Source: Paraspadella gotoi
Lineage: Eukaryota > Animalia > Chaetognatha
Assembly (NCBI GenBank): GCA_051294375.1
Contig: CM119264.1
Span: forward strand, 10,701,832-10,765,831
Direction of reading: 5' to 3'
Length of the DNA: 64,000 nucleotides
How positions within the stretch are numbered: position 1 is the first letter of the stretch; each line of letters begins with the position of its first letter. The notes below the pieces were generated by a model. It worked only from the letters and a program-made list of their open reading frames with translations. It ran no database searches and had not been told where the DNA came from. The translations under genes and the position numbers were made by a program. Below are positions 63,104 through 64,000 of the stretch, piece after piece.

Positions 63104-64000
63104 TCTTCTGCCTCCGGAGTTTGCCTTCCGGCTGTTTGGCTCCCAAATTTCGGCTTCAAAGTTCTTTTGGCACCCGAGTTTTGGCTCTCACGTTTGGCTC
63201 CTAATTTTCTCTCTTAACATGAGCCGGGTCCATTGTGTCTCTTACGAGTTCCTTCGGATGGTTTGCTCAAAAATTAAAAATCAAAATGTAACTTTTACGC
63301 TCCGACATTTCGATATTCGAATCGCGCAAGTATTACGCCGCTCAAAATCGCTCAGTAAGAACGGGAGATAATGGGACAGTTTTCACAGCCCTCTGCCACT
63401 GTACCTGACTGTTCATTTTCTAACCACTAAATGTAACTAGTATTACCTACATATTTTACATATCCTCAAATATCCACCACGTCTGGCCTCAAGGTTCGGT
63501 CCCCTGTTTTGAATTTTCGTTTAGAAAAAAAAAAGAAATAAAAAGTGGGAAATCATTGAAAATTCCGTGAGTTTTGGTTCGGATTTGTGAGGGACCCGGA
63601 TGAATTAAGGAGAAAGTAAGGCTATTATTCCTCTGGTCATAAATTTTGGCCACATTTTTTGAGGAAGAAGAAAGTGGATGGTAAGTGGAATCCCGGATCC
63701 TCAAAAGGGTTGGGAGTGTCTCTAGAGATCAGGTGAGGAAAAGCGGATCTGAAAAGTGGGAAACGGAAAGAAATCTCGGTGCGATGTCAACGAATGGAAG
63801 AAAAGGGGATGTCGGCGACAGTCAAGATGGGAAGCAATGAATGAAAATTGGAAAAGCTTGCAATGGCAAATGTGGATGGCATCGGAACCATCTTTTTTTG
63901 GCCCCCTTGGGCCGCAGCGGCGATCCAATGAAAAGCCAGTTTAAAACGAGTTAGAGTCACAAAAAAAAAACTTGNNNNNNNNNNNNNNNNNNNNNNNNNA

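Overview
Eukaryotic (invertebrate animal, probably protostome) draft-assembly DNA with AT-rich spliceosomal introns, GC-rich exons, many (AG)n/(GTC)n microsatellites and N gaps. Most short ORFs in the track are spurious. By hand-splicing I can support four genes. (1) A 7+-exon minus-strand gene (2959 to <1) encoding an acidic, disordered protein with one late TM helix. (2) A 3-exon fibulin-1/2-type gene (10146-13025) with no anaphylatoxin domains. (3) A large plus-strand RIPOR/FAM65-family gene. Its core exons span 39611-47219. Its 5' extension exons (19211-23203) lie inside an ~8.6-kb block that appears tandemly duplicated, probably as an assembly artefact. (4) A convergent minus-strand allatostatin-A/buccalin-like neuropeptide precursor (~48.3-49.5 kb) whose 5' end I cannot splice in frame. 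The most striking observation is in the last RIPOR intron: a 26-nt phase-compatible candidate micro-exon that would end the protein in a CaaX box (CVIL*). The same gene has an alternative 7-codon first exon that would drop the RSxSW motif. The 50-64 kb region shows no recognisable coding exons. No rRNA, tRNA, CRISPR array or transposase was recognised.
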